Positions 6,142 through 6,488 of a stretch of DNA of 6,488 nucleotides are shown here, piece after piece. The stretch comes from Selaginella moellendorffii (taxonomy: Eukaryota; Plantae; Lycopodiophyta). Position numbers and translations under genes: made by a program. Below the pieces are notes generated by a model. The model did no database searches, was not told the DNA's origin, and saw only the letters and a program-made list of their open reading frames with translations. Location of the stretch: the NCBI RefSeq assembly GCF_000143415.4, contig NW_003314686.1:1-6488 (forward strand), read 5' to 3'. The stretch's first letter is position 1. Each line of letters starts with the position of its first letter.

Positions 6142-6488
6142 TAGGTCCCTGGGTCGATGCAACGTGTATGTACATTTCTCCAAGTCCCTTAGGGACTGAT
6201 ACAAAAAGCAAGAATCCCTTAGTGCTGTTCACTCAACTACGCTGTCCTGCAATTCTCCACCTAATAGTGATCGCTGCCCTCCAATCGTGGCTGCAGTGGT
6301 CGTCGCCTCCGCAGTGCATCCAGTGCCAGATCGCCACGTCGAGCCTCCTTTGTTACCGTGTCCGAAGGTCTCCATTTCCACTTGACCTCCCCCTCGTGTT
6401 CAGTACCGTAGCACGGAGTCCATAGTCGTCGCCAAGCTGTGAGTGCCTCCCTGTTTTTCCCATGCTCCTGGAGCAGCGTATCCCTCAA
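6142..6488 (-). mobile_element. Non-LTR retrotransposon copy C: 3' UTR and ORF2 C-terminus; the rest lies outside the window
   Basis: 6131-6488 matches 2499-2856 (offset 3632) with one difference seen (T2663/A6295, Q->L). 6131-6141 is the junction motif that also matches RT-internal 5389-5399. Confidence 0.93.
6261..6488 (-). CDS. C-terminal 75 codons of LINE ORF2 in copy C (partial at window edge)
   Basis: RDTLLQEHGKNREALTAWRRLW...EGSDHY* is identical to the end of the 982-aa ORF except for one residue. Confidence 0.85.
   Translation of the reverse strand: MRDTLLQEHGKNREALTAWRRLWTPCYGTEHEGEVKWKWRPSDTVTKEARRGDLALDALRRRRPLQPRLEGSDHY

Noticed and set aside
6120-6145. SART/TRAS-like direct insertion of the LINE into telomeric repeats
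   Set aside because: About 11-18 nt matching RT-internal sequence separate the 3' UTR from the repeats, B's 3' end is not in telomeric DNA, and B's 5' end joins the hammerhead element rather than repeats. Not fully excluded if those bases are the true 3' end.

Overview
Eukaryotic subtelomere-like retroelement mosaic; the (CCCTAAA)n repeat is plant-type, but the host cannot be determined from this window. Three near-identical head-to-tail pieces of an L1/Tx1-like non-LTR retrotransposon lie on the - strand: copy A 1-2509, copy B 2510-5571 (period 2890 bp) and copy C 6142-6488. The element encodes RT plus a CCHC zinc knuckle; A and B are 5'-truncated, and no endonuclease, ORF1 or poly(A) is visible. 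Between B and C, a 559-bp non-coding block (5572-6130) holds about 1.6 copies of a 355-bp unit on the + (C-rich) strand. The unit consists of a minimal type I hammerhead ribozyme with palindromic helix III, a hairpin-rich ~170-nt body, a variant telomeric linker (CCCTAAA-CGCCTAAA-CGCGCCTAAA) and a 125-bp (CCCTAAA)n tract. This resembles the 3' ends of telomere-attaching, endonuclease-deficient Penelope-like elements, or a small retrozyme that carries its own telomeric repeats. All three LINE junctions fall at the motif CTTTGTGC(C)/(G)GCACAAAG, which also occurs inside the LINE's own RT ORF.
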